Source: Candidatus Saccharimonadota bacterium (GTDB lineage: Bacteria > Patescibacteriota > Saccharimonadia > Saccharimonadales > UBA4665). Taken from it: a stretch of 32,000 nucleotides of DNA. Within the stretch, counting starts at the first letter, position 1. Each line of letters opens with the position of its first letter. Position numbers and translations under genes: made by a program. Location of the stretch: contig OY970322.1 of the NCBI GenBank assembly GCA_963716945.1, forward strand, positions 1,020,001 through 1,052,000, given 5' to 3'. Below, in pieces: positions 17,219 through 25,529 of the stretch. The notes under the pieces are model-generated. The model ran no database searches, was not told the DNA's origin, and was given only the letters and a program-made list of their open reading frames with translations.

Positions 17219-17649
17219 TACGCGGCCGTCCCTTGCGGCCGTTGCCCGGCCAGCCAGTCTTCGAGAATATAGGTAGCCGCCAGGGCGTCGATATCGCCGC
17301 GCTCGTAAGGTTTGCCGCGGGCTTCCAGTTCGGCTTCGGCCTGCTTGGACGTGACGGCCTCGTCCTGCAAATGGACCGGCAAGCCGCAGCTCCGGCGCAA
17401 TTCGTCGGTGAAAGTTTCAACGGCCCGCGTCTGGTCGGTGTGCTGGCCGTCCAGGCCGCGCGGCAGGCCGACTACCAGGACTTGGGCGTTTTCCGCCTCT
17501 ATAAGTTTCCTCAGGGCCGTCATGAAGCCGTCGTCATGGCGCAGGGCCGTCAGCGGCCGGGCCAAGCCGGCTGCCAGCGAGGCCGCCGCTATGCCTATCC
17601 GCTGAGCCCCCACATCCAAGCCCAGGACTGAGCTAGGGGCTGGTGCCAC
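17218..17649 (-). CDS. ruvX: Putative pre-16S rRNA nuclease / Holliday junction resolvase-like YqgF
   Basis: VLGLDVGAQRIGIA at the N-terminus, VVGLPRGLDG and DEAVTS motifs. The GTG start at 17649 overlaps the upstream gene by 17 nt. Confidence 0.9.
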   Translation of the reverse strand: MAPAPSSVLGLDVGAQRIGIAAASLAAGLARPLTALRHDDGFMTALRKLIEAENAQVLVVGLPRGLDGQHTDQTRAVETFTDELRRSCGLPVHLQDEAVTSKQAEAELEARGKPYERGDIDALAATYILEDWLAGQRPQGTAA

Positions 17650-19402
17650 TGGAGCTGCTCGCTTTCGTGCTGGATGTCGGTTTGGCGATATTGACGGTAA
17701 TCCGGCTGGTCTTCTTGGGTGCCGAGCTTATCCAGAACGGACTGAGGCTGACATTGACACTGGTAACGTCCGGGTTATTGGATAGCTGGCTCTTGATGGC
17801 GCCGATTTTCTGGCCGGCAGCCTGCTGCTTGATCGAACTTATGTCCAGTTGCGGACCGGCCGTAGCGACGGTCGTCATGGTCAATTGGGCGCCGGTAGAT
17901 GACAGGTTGTTGGGGTTGAAGGAGGCCTGGCTCAGCCCGGTGTCCAAGACACTCTGCTTGCTGGTGTCGATCTGGGTATCGACCTGGTTGGTGATCAGCG
18001 TATTCAGATCGTTCTCGTGGACACCGAACAACGTGTAGGTGACGGTCTCGGTGACCGTGACGCTGTTGGCGACATCGCCGACGCTGGCGCTGGTCGTAAC
18101 GACGGGGGTACCGGCCGTGTAAGTAGCGTCAATCGGGTAGTAGCCCTCGCCCTTAAGCTGGCTGTCCAGCGTTTGCTGGAGGCTGCTGTTGCTCGGCGAA
18201 ATCTTGCTCTTAGCACTGTTGATGTCATTCTGGTTAACCGTCTGGACGATATTGTCGGTCCCTCCGGAAACTGCCGAACTGACGGTCGCGGTAACATCGC
18301 TGCGGCCGGCAACCGTGAAGCTGGTCGCGCCGTTATAGCTGGCGCCGCCGTTCTGGGCGATAATCGTGGCGTCGGACTGACCCTCGAAAGTACATTGGTG
18401 GCCATGTGAAGCTGGCGCGAAAGCGACGTCATTCTGGGTAATATAAGTCTGGCCGTTGGAACTGAGGCCGGTTCCGGCCGGCACGTCATTGGGTATATTG
18501 GCGCTGCAAGGGCCGGCCGACATGGTAACGGAACCGCTGGCTTTGTTGCCATTGTTCTTCTGGCCGGTGGTGGCAGCCTGCGCGGTGTAAGTTTTTTGCT
18601 GGCTGGCCAGTTTGGCGGGGATGGTGTTGCTGGAAGGATCAAGCGTCGAGGCGGCCGTCGACAGGTTCAGGTTGAGATTGGTATTGACATTGGTGGCGTC
18701 GGTTTTGATATCAATCGTGGCTTTCGGCAAAGAGATGCTGGCGAAGATGAAGCCGCCGATTAACAGGATCAGCAGAATGACGCCGATGATTATGAATTTG
18801 CGGAAACGCTCGAAGTTCGGGATACTCAGCTTCTTGTTCTTCTTGGCCTTGGCGGCATCCTTGGCCGGCGGTTCAAAAGTTTTCGGCCCTTGGGCACCGG
18901 CCCCGAGGGCGGAAGTTTCATCTTCGGGCGCCAGGTCATCGTCGTCGAGGGTCACCGTTTCGACCCCGTCGTTAGCGGGCGGCGGCTGGACGGCTTCGGC
19001 CGCCGCGCCGGCCCCGGCCAGTTCGCCAAGCGTTTTGTCGGCGTCGAGCGGGACCTCTTCGATGGCCCCTTCATCCTCCTGGACAGTCTCTTCGCCGTCG
19101 TTGATGGCGTCGGGGCCCAGGGGAATTACCGGTTTGCTGGTTAGGGTCTTGGCCACGTGCACCCCGGCGGCGCCGGCCAGCGGCAGGAGGCCGGTCTCGG
19201 TAGTAATCAGGACCAGGTTTTTCTTGCTGCTGTCGGCGGCGCGCTTGAGCAGCTTCATGTTGACGATACTCTGGAAAACGCTGGCCCGTTTGGGCAGTAC
19301 CAGGGCGACGACTTTGCCCTCGCTGGCTTTTAATTTATCAATAATACCGGTGATTTCGTCGTCGATATCGATGTAGATGGTATCTTTGTCTTTGGCAGCC
19401 AT
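17633..19402 (-). CDS. Hypothetical bitopic membrane protein (589 aa): cytoplasmic alpha/beta-like N-domain, acidic linker, one TM, large T/S/N/Q-rich extracytoplasmic domain
   Basis: The ORF starts 3 nt after the ftsA stop. The N-domain begins TIYIDIDDEITGIIDKLKASEGKVVALVLPKRASVFQSIVNMKLLKRAADSSKKNLVLITTE. A basic stretch KAKKNKKLS is followed by the TM segment FIIIGVILLILLIGGFIFASI. I recognise no known domain. Confidence 0.75.
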   Translation of the reverse strand: MAAKDKDTIYIDIDDEITGIIDKLKASEGKVVALVLPKRASVFQSIVNMKLLKRAADSSKKNLVLITTETGLLPLAGAAGVHVAKTLTSKPVIPLGPDAINDGEETVQEDEGAIEEVPLDADKTLGELAGAGAAAEAVQPPPANDGVETVTLDDDDLAPEDETSALGAGAQGPKTFEPPAKDAAKAKKNKKLSIPNFERFRKFIIIGVILLILLIGGFIFASISLPKATIDIKTDATNVNTNLNLNLSTAASTLDPSSNTIPAKLASQQKTYTAQAATTGQKNNGNKASGSVTMSAGPCSANIPNDVPAGTGLSSNGQTYITQNDVAFAPASHGHQCTFEGQSDATIIAQNGGASYNGATSFTVAGRSDVTATVSSAVSGGTDNIVQTVNQNDINSAKSKISPSNSSLQQTLDSQLKGEGYYPIDATYTAGTPVVTTSASVGDVANSVTVTETVTYTLFGVHENDLNTLITNQVDTQIDTSKQSVLDTGLSQASFNPNNLSSTGAQLTMTTVATAGPQLDISSIKQQAAGQKIGAIKSQLSNNPDVTSVNVSLSPFWISSAPKKTSRITVNIAKPTSSTKASSSSGTSP

Positions 19403-19405
19403 AAT

Positions 19406-20743
19406 CTATACGCTTAACATTTTATCAATTTTATCGCGGATTGAGCCACTGTTATCGGCAAACTGCTTGGTATCCATGCCGACGCGCAGCAGGCCCATGG
19501 CGGTAATGAAAGTGTGGTCGGTCACGTCGCCGGTCGCGTCGTGGATGCCGGACACCTGGTCGGGCCGGATGTGGTGGACGCTCGGCTTGCGGGTAAACGG
19601 CAGCGTCTTGTACCATTCGGCCTGTTCCAAACGCTCCATCAGCAGGTCAAGCGACGAACCGCCGCCGCACAGGAACATCCGGTGCGGCAAATGGTCGAGC
19701 TTGGTGAATTCGCTTAGCGCCAGTTCGATGCCGCCGATCCAGACGTCGGCCGTCTTGGCCAGCGCCGCTTCGATTGCCGGCCGCTGGCTGACCGGCGCCC
19801 GGTTGTTGCTCAGGCCGACCTTGAGCTCTTCGGCTTTTTCGAAATCAACGCTCAAATCGCGCTCCACGGCGTGGGTATAAGCCCGGCCGCCGATACCGAA
19901 CATCTTGGTTCCCTGCACGCCGCCCTCATTAATAACGGCGATATCGGTCGTGCCGCCGCCGACGTCCATCAGGATAGCGCTCAGGCTTTGATTGGGATTA
20001 TTGCCGATAACCGCCCGGGCGACGGCGAAAGGTTCGGCCGCCACGGCCAGCAGGTCAAGGTCCAGTTCCTGGGCGGTCTTCTCAAGCGCCCCGATGTGGA
20101 TCATCGGCGCGAAAGCCGTATACAGCTGCACGACGACGTCGCGCCCTTGGAAGCCGATCGGGTTGGTGACCGGGTAGCCGTCGATTTCGATGCTGACCAG
20201 AGCGCTGTTGACGAGCCGGACCTCGACTTCTTTGCCGCCGAGCTCCCAGGCCAGCTGCTGCTTGGCCTTGACCTGGGCCCGTTCCTGGACAAGGTTGATA
20301 ATCTTTTCCATTTCGTCGATATCGAGCGGCTTGGTCGACTGCTTGCGGGCTACCCTGACAGTGGTAGTAGTGCCCTTGACCAGTTCGCCGGCAATACCGA
20401 TGATGGCCGTCCGGGCGCTGACGCCGGCTTGTTCCTCGGCCTGGTTGAGCGCCTTGTCGCAGTTCTCGACAACGGCGGCAATGTCGGAGATGGCACCGGC
20501 CTGCATATCGCTCAACCCCTGGTGGGCACGCCCGACGCCGATGATGTCGACGGTGCCGTCGGCTTCGTTGACTTTGCCGACCAGGGCTTTGACAAATTCG
20601 GTACCGATATCCAGCCCCACCAGATATTCGTCACCCTGTTTGGCGGTCTTTTCACGGACCCTGGTTGAAGCTTTGAGGGCGCCGGCTTGGGCCTTGCGGG
20701 CCATGCCGCCGCCAACGCGTTTAAACTGCTGAAGCATATCCAT
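19406..20743 (-). CDS. ftsA: Cell division protein FtsA (actin/HSP70-fold ATPase)
   Basis: Phosphate-1 YLVGLDIGTEFVKALVG, MDVGGGTTDIAV and LCGGGSSL motifs, an inserted SHS2-like domain, and a C-terminal amphipathic tail (IRDKIDKMLSV). The start could be Met1 (20743), Met3 (20737) or Met14. Confidence 0.85.
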   Translation of the reverse strand: MDMLQQFKRVGGGMARKAQAGALKASTRVREKTAKQGDEYLVGLDIGTEFVKALVGKVNEADGTVDIIGVGRAHQGLSDMQAGAISDIAAVVENCDKALNQAEEQAGVSARTAIIGIAGELVKGTTTTVRVARKQSTKPLDIDEMEKIINLVQERAQVKAKQQLAWELGGKEVEVRLVNSALVSIEIDGYPVTNPIGFQGRDVVVQLYTAFAPMIHIGALEKTAQELDLDLLAVAAEPFAVARAVIGNNPNQSLSAILMDVGGGTTDIAVINEGGVQGTKMFGIGGRAYTHAVERDLSVDFEKAEELKVGLSNNRAPVSQRPAIEAALAKTADVWIGGIELALSEFTKLDHLPHRMFLCGGGSSLDLLMERLEQAEWYKTLPFTRKPSVHHIRPDQVSGIHDATGDVTDHTFITAMGLLRVGMDTKQFADNSGSIRDKIDKMLSV

Positions 20744-20744
20744 T

Positions 20745-20753
20745 ATTTTAACA
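20745..20753 (-). promoter_or_regulatory. Extended -10 TGTTAAAAT abutting the ftsA start region
   Basis: Minus-strand TGTTAAAAT at 20753-20745. It is 1 nt from ATG 20743 and 7 nt from ATG 20737. Confidence 0.4.
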
Positions 20754-20795
20754 CAGGCGGGGCTTAGAAATAGCTGTTAACCACAAGTAATTTGA

Positions 20796-21389
20796 TTAGC
20801 CTTGATGCCGGTAGCGGTAGTAAAAAGTCATAATTATCCATGCGTACGCCAAACCTATGATACCCCCGACGATCAGGGGACCGATATGAATCAGCACCCC
20901 GTAAGCGAAGGTACACAGCAAGGCGCCGACACTGAAGTAAAGGCTTCTCTCCGAAATACCGCCGACCCGTTTGCGGCTGACGACCCTGACCAGCCACGGC
21001 GTGCTGGCAATCCAGTTATAAAGCATGCCCAGCCAGCCCGATTCGGCCGGAAATTTCAGCAACAGGTAGCTAGTCAGGGGGCCGACAATAATAATCGTGG
21101 TCAAACCGCGGATAAATTGCCGGCGGTTGGCCAGCACGAAACCAAGGTTTGCCACGTTAACCAGCAATGACAAGGCGTTCGTGACGAACGGAAACCACAG
21201 ATGAACCTGGGCGAAATAGGTACACCAGGCGATATTGCCGGCCGCGTTCAAAGTTATGGTCGGCGCCGACAAGCCCTTGCTGTTGCGAGTTCTGACCAGC
21301 CGGCTTAATTGGGCCGTGCCCGCCAGTACCCAAGCCCCTTCGCCGATTACGATCAACACGTTCTCAAGAGGCGTCGGCTGGATGATCAT
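20796..21389 (-). CDS. 7-TM membrane protein with two PQ-loop-like repeats (SWEET/PQ-loop superfamily-like transporter)
   Basis: 197 aa with seven hydrophobic segments in a 3+1+3 layout. After TM1 comes AQLSRLVRTRNSKGLS, and after TM5 comes TPWLVRVVSRKRVGGIS. Both resemble the PQ-loop motif (PQ....K.KS..G.S). Confidence 0.55.
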   Translation of the reverse strand: MIIQPTPLENVLIVIGEGAWVLAGTAQLSRLVRTRNSKGLSAPTITLNAAGNIAWCTYFAQVHLWFPFVTNALSLLVNVANLGFVLANRRQFIRGLTTIIIVGPLTSYLLLKFPAESGWLGMLYNWIASTPWLVRVVSRKRVGGISERSLYFSVGALLCTFAYGVLIHIGPLIVGGIIGLAYAWIIMTFYYRYRHQG

Positions 21390-21437
21390 ATTTGGAGTTT
21401 AGCATAACCGTTAAGGCTGCCATTAGGGGGCTGTGAT

Positions 21438-21467
21438 TTGACCTAATGCAACATATTATTATATTAT
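21438..21467 (+). promoter_or_regulatory. Promoter TTGACC with an AT-rich -10 (TATATT/TATTAT at 16-18 nt) for the 153-aa ORF
   Basis: TTGACC at 21438-21443. TATATT is at 21460-21465 or TATTAT at 21462-21467. Confidence 0.45.
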
Positions 21468-21490
21468 ATACAAAATTACGGAAGGTTGGC

Positions 21491-21952
21491 ATGTCAGAAG
21501 CAGACTCGAGTCCACTAGGCCGGCAGCAGGCATTGGCAGCTTACGGAGCCGCCCGAAGCCATGCCCAAACATGGCCCAATGCCTACATGCGGCTGGCCGC
21601 CCCGCCGGGCTCACGGGAGATTGCCCGGATTGGCATCTTCCCCGATGTTACTGATAGGCAGAGGGCTCTTATTATCAATAACAGCCTGTTTTCCGGCCTG
21701 CACGACCTGCTGGACAAGCACATGAGCCTGGTCCGTCCGCCCGGCGGCAAAGATTATACGGAAATTGATTACCGGGGCATCGCCGGTGAAGTCGGCGGAG
21801 AGAAGCCTATCGTACCGCCGTTGACGGCCGCCTACGAAGTCAGGGATACCTTGGCGGTCACGGGCTTATGCGTCATACTCTACGAGAATATCCTGCAGCT
21901 CGGGCCGGAAGAGTACCTGTTCGAGGACGGCGCCGGCTCGTGGCTGGCCTGA
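21491..21952 (+). CDS. Hypothetical protein (153 aa), no recognisable domain
   Basis: The ATG at 21491 has GGAAGG 5 nt upstream and a TTGACC/AT-rich -10 promoter upstream. The longer ORF start at 21446 lies inside that promoter. Confidence 0.55.
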   Translation: MSEADSSPLGRQQALAAYGAARSHAQTWPNAYMRLAAPPGSREIARIGIFPDVTDRQRALIINNSLFSGLHDLLDKHMSLVRPPGGKDYTEIDYRGIAGEVGGEKPIVPPLTAAYEVRDTLAVTGLCVILYENILQLGPEEYLFEDGAGSWLA

Positions 21953-21956
21953 CCGG

Positions 21957-23936
21957 TTAGGCCAAGACGGCTTTGATACGGCGGATGCCGGCCGAGCTCG
22001 ATTCCTCCTTGATTATCTTGAACTTTTTGCCGCCTTCGGCCAGCTGGGCGGTATGGTCGACGTGCGGGCCGCCGCAGATTTCGAAGCTAAAGGGCTTGTC
22101 GGCGCCATCGGCGATCATCTTATAAACTTTGACCGTGTCGCCGTAGCGGTCGCCGAACTGGCCCAGCGCGCCCTTCTCTTCTACCGCGACTTTGGTCGGA
22201 TATTCTTCGAATGATACTTTCAGGTCCTTATCGATCTGCTCGTTGACGATGTCCTCGACCTGCTTGATCTGTTCCGGCGTCATCTTCTCCGGATGGCTGA
22301 AGTCGAACCGCAACCGCTCTTCGGTAATATTAGAACCGTTCTGGACCACGTGGTCGCCGAGCACGTCGCGCAGCGCCTGGTACATCAGGTGCGTCGCCGT
22401 GTGGTACTTCTTGTGCTGCAATGTCTGCCCGCCCAGCCCGCCTTTGAACGTGCCTTTGCTGGCGGTCTGACTTTGTTGACGCTGCGCGTCCATAATTTCC
22501 TCAAACTCTTTTTGCCAATTAGGGTCAACTTCCCAATTATTCTTAAATGCCTCCTCGAGCGTCAACTCTGCAGGAAAGCCATTAGTATCGTACATTTTGA
22601 ACACTAGCTGCCCTATCATGGGCAAGCCACCAGGCCTCCAACGACCCATCTTACTTTGAATCTCTTCTTGCGAAGCAATTTTTGTGTCATAGAGCAGTGG
22701 CAACTTTACCCAGTACCCGTCTTTCATACTGTCTTGAAGCTCTTTTAGACCTTTGCGCAGGGTTTGACGGAAAACTTTTTCTTCTTTTACTAATACTTCT
22801 ACGATTTTCTCGCGGCTGGCGGCCACTTCCGGGAAGTCGGCGGCATAGAGGTCGGCGATGACCGGCACGATTTGCTCGAGGAAGTTTTGTTCGATGCCGA
22901 GTTCGAAGGCGTGGCGGATGGCGCGGCGCAAGAGGCGGCGCATGACGTAGCCTTGCTCCTTGTTGCTGGGCGTGATGCCGTCAACGGCCAGGAAAGTGGC
23001 GGCCCGCAAGTGGTCGGCGATGACGCGCATGCTTTCGGTATGGCTGTCGTAGCGTTTGCCGGAAATTTCTTCCAGCTTATCGATGATCGGGCGCAGCAGG
23101 CTGATCTTGAAAACGTCGGGGTCGTTGATGGCCGCCAGGGCGATGCGCTCGAGCCCGCCGCCGAAGTCGACGTTGGGCTTGGCCAGGGCTTCGAAGCCTT
23201 CGTTGGTGCGCTTGTATGCCATGAAGACGCTGTTGGCGATTTCGATGAAGCGGCCGCAATCGCAGTTGGGGTGGCAGTGCTCGCCCCATTTGGTGTCGTG
23301 CGGCGTGCCTAAATCGTAGAAGACTTCGGTGTCCGGACCGCAAGGGTCATTGACGGGCGTCGTCGCTTCGGCGCCGGCCCGGCTCCACCAGTTCTTGGAA
23401 CCGTCGTAGAAGAAGACGCGGCCGTTACCCATGCCTTTGGCGTAGCCGTCGGCTTCGGAACCGATCTCGACCTGTTCGGCCGCAACGTCCTTCTTCTCGA
23501 AGAGATTTGACCACAGACCGGCGGCTTCGGTGTCTTTGGGGATACTAAATTCTTGGCTGCCGATGTAGCAAGTGATATAAAGTTTGGCCGGGTCCAGGCC
23601 CACGACATCGGTCAAGAACTCAAATAGCCACGGAATCTCTTCGGCCTTGAAGTAGTCGCCGAGCGACCAGTTGCCAAGCATTTCGAAGAACGTGGTGTGG
23701 CGGTTGTCGCCGACTTCTTCAATGTCCTGGGCCCGCAGGCAGGTCTGGCTGTCGACCAGTCGGACGCCTTCGGGGTGCGGTTCGCCTAACAGATACGGTA
23801 TGAGCGGCTGCATGCCGGAGCCGGTGAACAGCGTCGTCGGGTCGTTATACGGCACCAGCTGGGCCCGCGGGATCACCTTGTGGCCGCGCTCCGCGAAAAA
23901 ATCCAGATAGGCTTGACGTATTTCCTGTGCTGTCAT
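21957..23936 (-). CDS. alaS: Alanine--tRNA ligase, short form (659 aa; catalytic, tRNA-recognition and editing domains; no C-Ala domain)
   Basis: MTAQEIRQAYLDFFAERGHKVIPRAQLVPYNDPTTLFTGSGMQ is a canonical AlaRS N-terminus. Editing-domain Zn motifs HTATHLMYQALR and CGGPHV are present. The protein ends about 40 aa after CGGPHV. Confidence 0.95.
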   Translation of the reverse strand: MTAQEIRQAYLDFFAERGHKVIPRAQLVPYNDPTTLFTGSGMQPLIPYLLGEPHPEGVRLVDSQTCLRAQDIEEVGDNRHTTFFEMLGNWSLGDYFKAEEIPWLFEFLTDVVGLDPAKLYITCYIGSQEFSIPKDTEAAGLWSNLFEKKDVAAEQVEIGSEADGYAKGMGNGRVFFYDGSKNWWSRAGAEATTPVNDPCGPDTEVFYDLGTPHDTKWGEHCHPNCDCGRFIEIANSVFMAYKRTNEGFEALAKPNVDFGGGLERIALAAINDPDVFKISLLRPIIDKLEEISGKRYDSHTESMRVIADHLRAATFLAVDGITPSNKEQGYVMRRLLRRAIRHAFELGIEQNFLEQIVPVIADLYAADFPEVAASREKIVEVLVKEEKVFRQTLRKGLKELQDSMKDGYWVKLPLLYDTKIASQEEIQSKMGRWRPGGLPMIGQLVFKMYDTNGFPAELTLEEAFKNNWEVDPNWQKEFEEIMDAQRQQSQTASKGTFKGGLGGQTLQHKKYHTATHLMYQALRDVLGDHVVQNGSNITEERLRFDFSHPEKMTPEQIKQVEDIVNEQIDKDLKVSFEEYPTKVAVEEKGALGQFGDRYGDTVKVYKMIADGADKPFSFEICGGPHVDHTAQLAEGGKKFKIIKEESSSAGIRRIKAVLA

Positions 23937-23943
23937 CTGTTAG

Positions 23944-23952
23944 ATTGTAACA
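23944..23952 (-). promoter_or_regulatory. Extended -10 TGTTACAAT 7 nt upstream of the alaS ATG (implies leaderless mRNA)
   Basis: Minus-strand TGTTACAAT at 23952-23944, then ctaacag, then ATG at 23936. No SD. Confidence 0.45.
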
Positions 23953-23954
23953 GA

Positions 23955-24479
23955 TTAGTGGGCGGCGATATACTTCACGGCGTCCAAAAGGTCGGTGGCG
24001 GTGTAGGTTGCTTCGGGCGATACAACCGGGGTATTGCCGGTCTGGACAAGAATTGTCTTGGTGCCGGCGTTAACACCGGTCATGATATCCGATTCGCGGT
24101 CGCCGATGACATAAGATTCGGCCAGGTCGATATCGAATTCGGCGGCGGCCTCCAGGACCATCAACGGTTTCGGTTTGTGGCAGGCGCAGTTGTCTTCGGC
24201 TTTGTGCGGACAGACGTAAATTTTGAGGAATTTGACGCCGCTGGCCTCGATGAGGTCCATGAACATGTTATTGATGTGTTCGAACTCGGCCCGGTCAATC
24301 CGGCCTTCGCCGATCCCGGCTTGGTTGGTGACTTCGATAACACCGAAATCCAGCGTCGACAAAAGCCTGAGGGCCTTAACGGTATCCGGAAACAGGTGCA
24401 GGTCGCTCAGGTTGTCGACCCTCAGATCGGGCGGGTCGAGAATCATCGTACCGTCGCGGTCGAGGAAGACTGCTTTCAT
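23955..24479 (-). CDS. HAD-IIIA family phosphatase (D,D-heptose 1,7-bisphosphate phosphatase GmhB / histidinol-phosphatase-like)
   Basis: HAD motif I FLDRDGT, motif II VTNQAG, Zn-binding CPHKAEDNCACHKPKP and motif IV GDRESD. Confidence 0.8.
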   Translation of the reverse strand: MKAVFLDRDGTMILDPPDLRVDNLSDLHLFPDTVKALRLLSTLDFGVIEVTNQAGIGEGRIDRAEFEHINNMFMDLIEASGVKFLKIYVCPHKAEDNCACHKPKPLMVLEAAAEFDIDLAESYVIGDRESDIMTGVNAGTKTILVQTGNTPVVSPEATYTATDLLDAVKYIAAH

Positions 24480-24488
24480 GGGCCTAGT

Positions 24489-25520
24489 TTAGCAGATGAT
24501 GCCGCCGCCGAGGACGCGGTCGCCGTCGTAGATAACGGCCGATTGGCCGGCGGCTAAACCGCGCTGGGATTCTTCAAGTCTTAGCTTTTTATCGTTAATA
24601 GTGCAGGCGACGAGCGGACCCCGATAACGCAGGCGCGCCTTATAATTTTTGGCGCTGGCCGGCGGTTGGTTAATCCAGTGGGGAGCTTCTAATTCAGTTT
24701 CGCCGGTCCAGAGGGTTTTGTCGTCCAGGTCGGTGGTGACGTAAATGGTGTTGGCCGCCATGTCCTTGCGGGCGACGTAATAAGGCAAGCCGCCGCCGAC
24801 GTTGAGGCCGTGGCGCTGGCCGATAGTGTAGAAAATCGCGCCGTCGTGTTCGCCGATTTGCTTGCCGGTTTGGTCGACAATCGGGCCGGGCGGCTGCGGG
24901 CCGAGTTCGTTGAGCAGGAATTCCTTGATGCCGACCTTGCCGACGAAGCAGATGCCCTGGCTGTCCTTCTTGTCGGCGGTGGCCAGGCCGAGCTTCTTGG
25001 CCAGCTTCCGGACTTCCGGCTTGGTCAGTTCGCCGATTGGCATCAAGCTCTTCTTTAAGGCTTCTTCCGTCACCCTGTATAGGAAATAGCTCTGGTCCTT
25101 GGCCGGGTCCAGCCCCGCCAACAGCCGGCCGTCTTGAATCCGGGCGTAGTGGCCGGTGGCGATCAGGTCGGCGCCGTCGGCCAGCGCCGTCTCCAGGAAG
25201 AGCTTAAACTTCACTTCCTGGTTGCACATAATATCCGGGTTCGGCGTCCGGCCGGCCCGGTACTCGGCGACCATGTAATCGACGACTTTTTGCCGGTATT
25301 GCGTCTCGAAATCATACATTTTGAAGTCAAGCCCCAGCTGCACGGCTACCCGCTTGGCATCCTGGTAATCTTCCTGCCACGGGCAGACGAAACCGGGCAA
25401 GTCCCGGCTCCAGTTCTTCATGTAAACGCCCGTCACGTCATAACCCTGCTGCTGGAGCAAAGCTGCCGTTACCGACGAATCGACGCCGCCGGACATGCCG
25501 ACATAAACTTTCTTGGCCAT
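24489..25520 (-). CDS. mnmA: tRNA-specific 2-thiouridylase MnmA
   Basis: PP-loop VGMSGGVDSSV, ATGHYAR, catalytic Cys in DSQGICFVG, and a typical 343-aa length. Confidence 0.95.
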   Translation of the reverse strand: MAKKVYVGMSGGVDSSVTAALLQQQGYDVTGVYMKNWSRDLPGFVCPWQEDYQDAKRVAVQLGLDFKMYDFETQYRQKVVDYMVAEYRAGRTPNPDIMCNQEVKFKLFLETALADGADLIATGHYARIQDGRLLAGLDPAKDQSYFLYRVTEEALKKSLMPIGELTKPEVRKLAKKLGLATADKKDSQGICFVGKVGIKEFLLNELGPQPPGPIVDQTGKQIGEHDGAIFYTIGQRHGLNVGGGLPYYVARKDMAANTIYVTTDLDDKTLWTGETELEAPHWINQPPASAKNYKARLRYRGPLVACTINDKKLRLEESQRGLAAGQSAVIYDGDRVLGGGIIC

Positions 25521-25529
25521 AGACTGTCT

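Noticed and set aside
21446-21490. Longer start (ATG 21446) for the 153-aa orphan.
   Set aside because: It lies within the AT-rich -10 region of the predicted promoter and lacks an SD. The ATG at 21491 has GGAAGG at proper spacing.
23937-23953. Inverted repeat CTGTTA-caatc-TAACAG between gmhB-like and alaS, considered as a terminator.
   Set aside because: The stem is a 6-bp A/T-rich helix with no U-tract, and it directly abuts the alaS ATG. The same bases form a TGTTACAAT extended -10, which I consider the more likely function.
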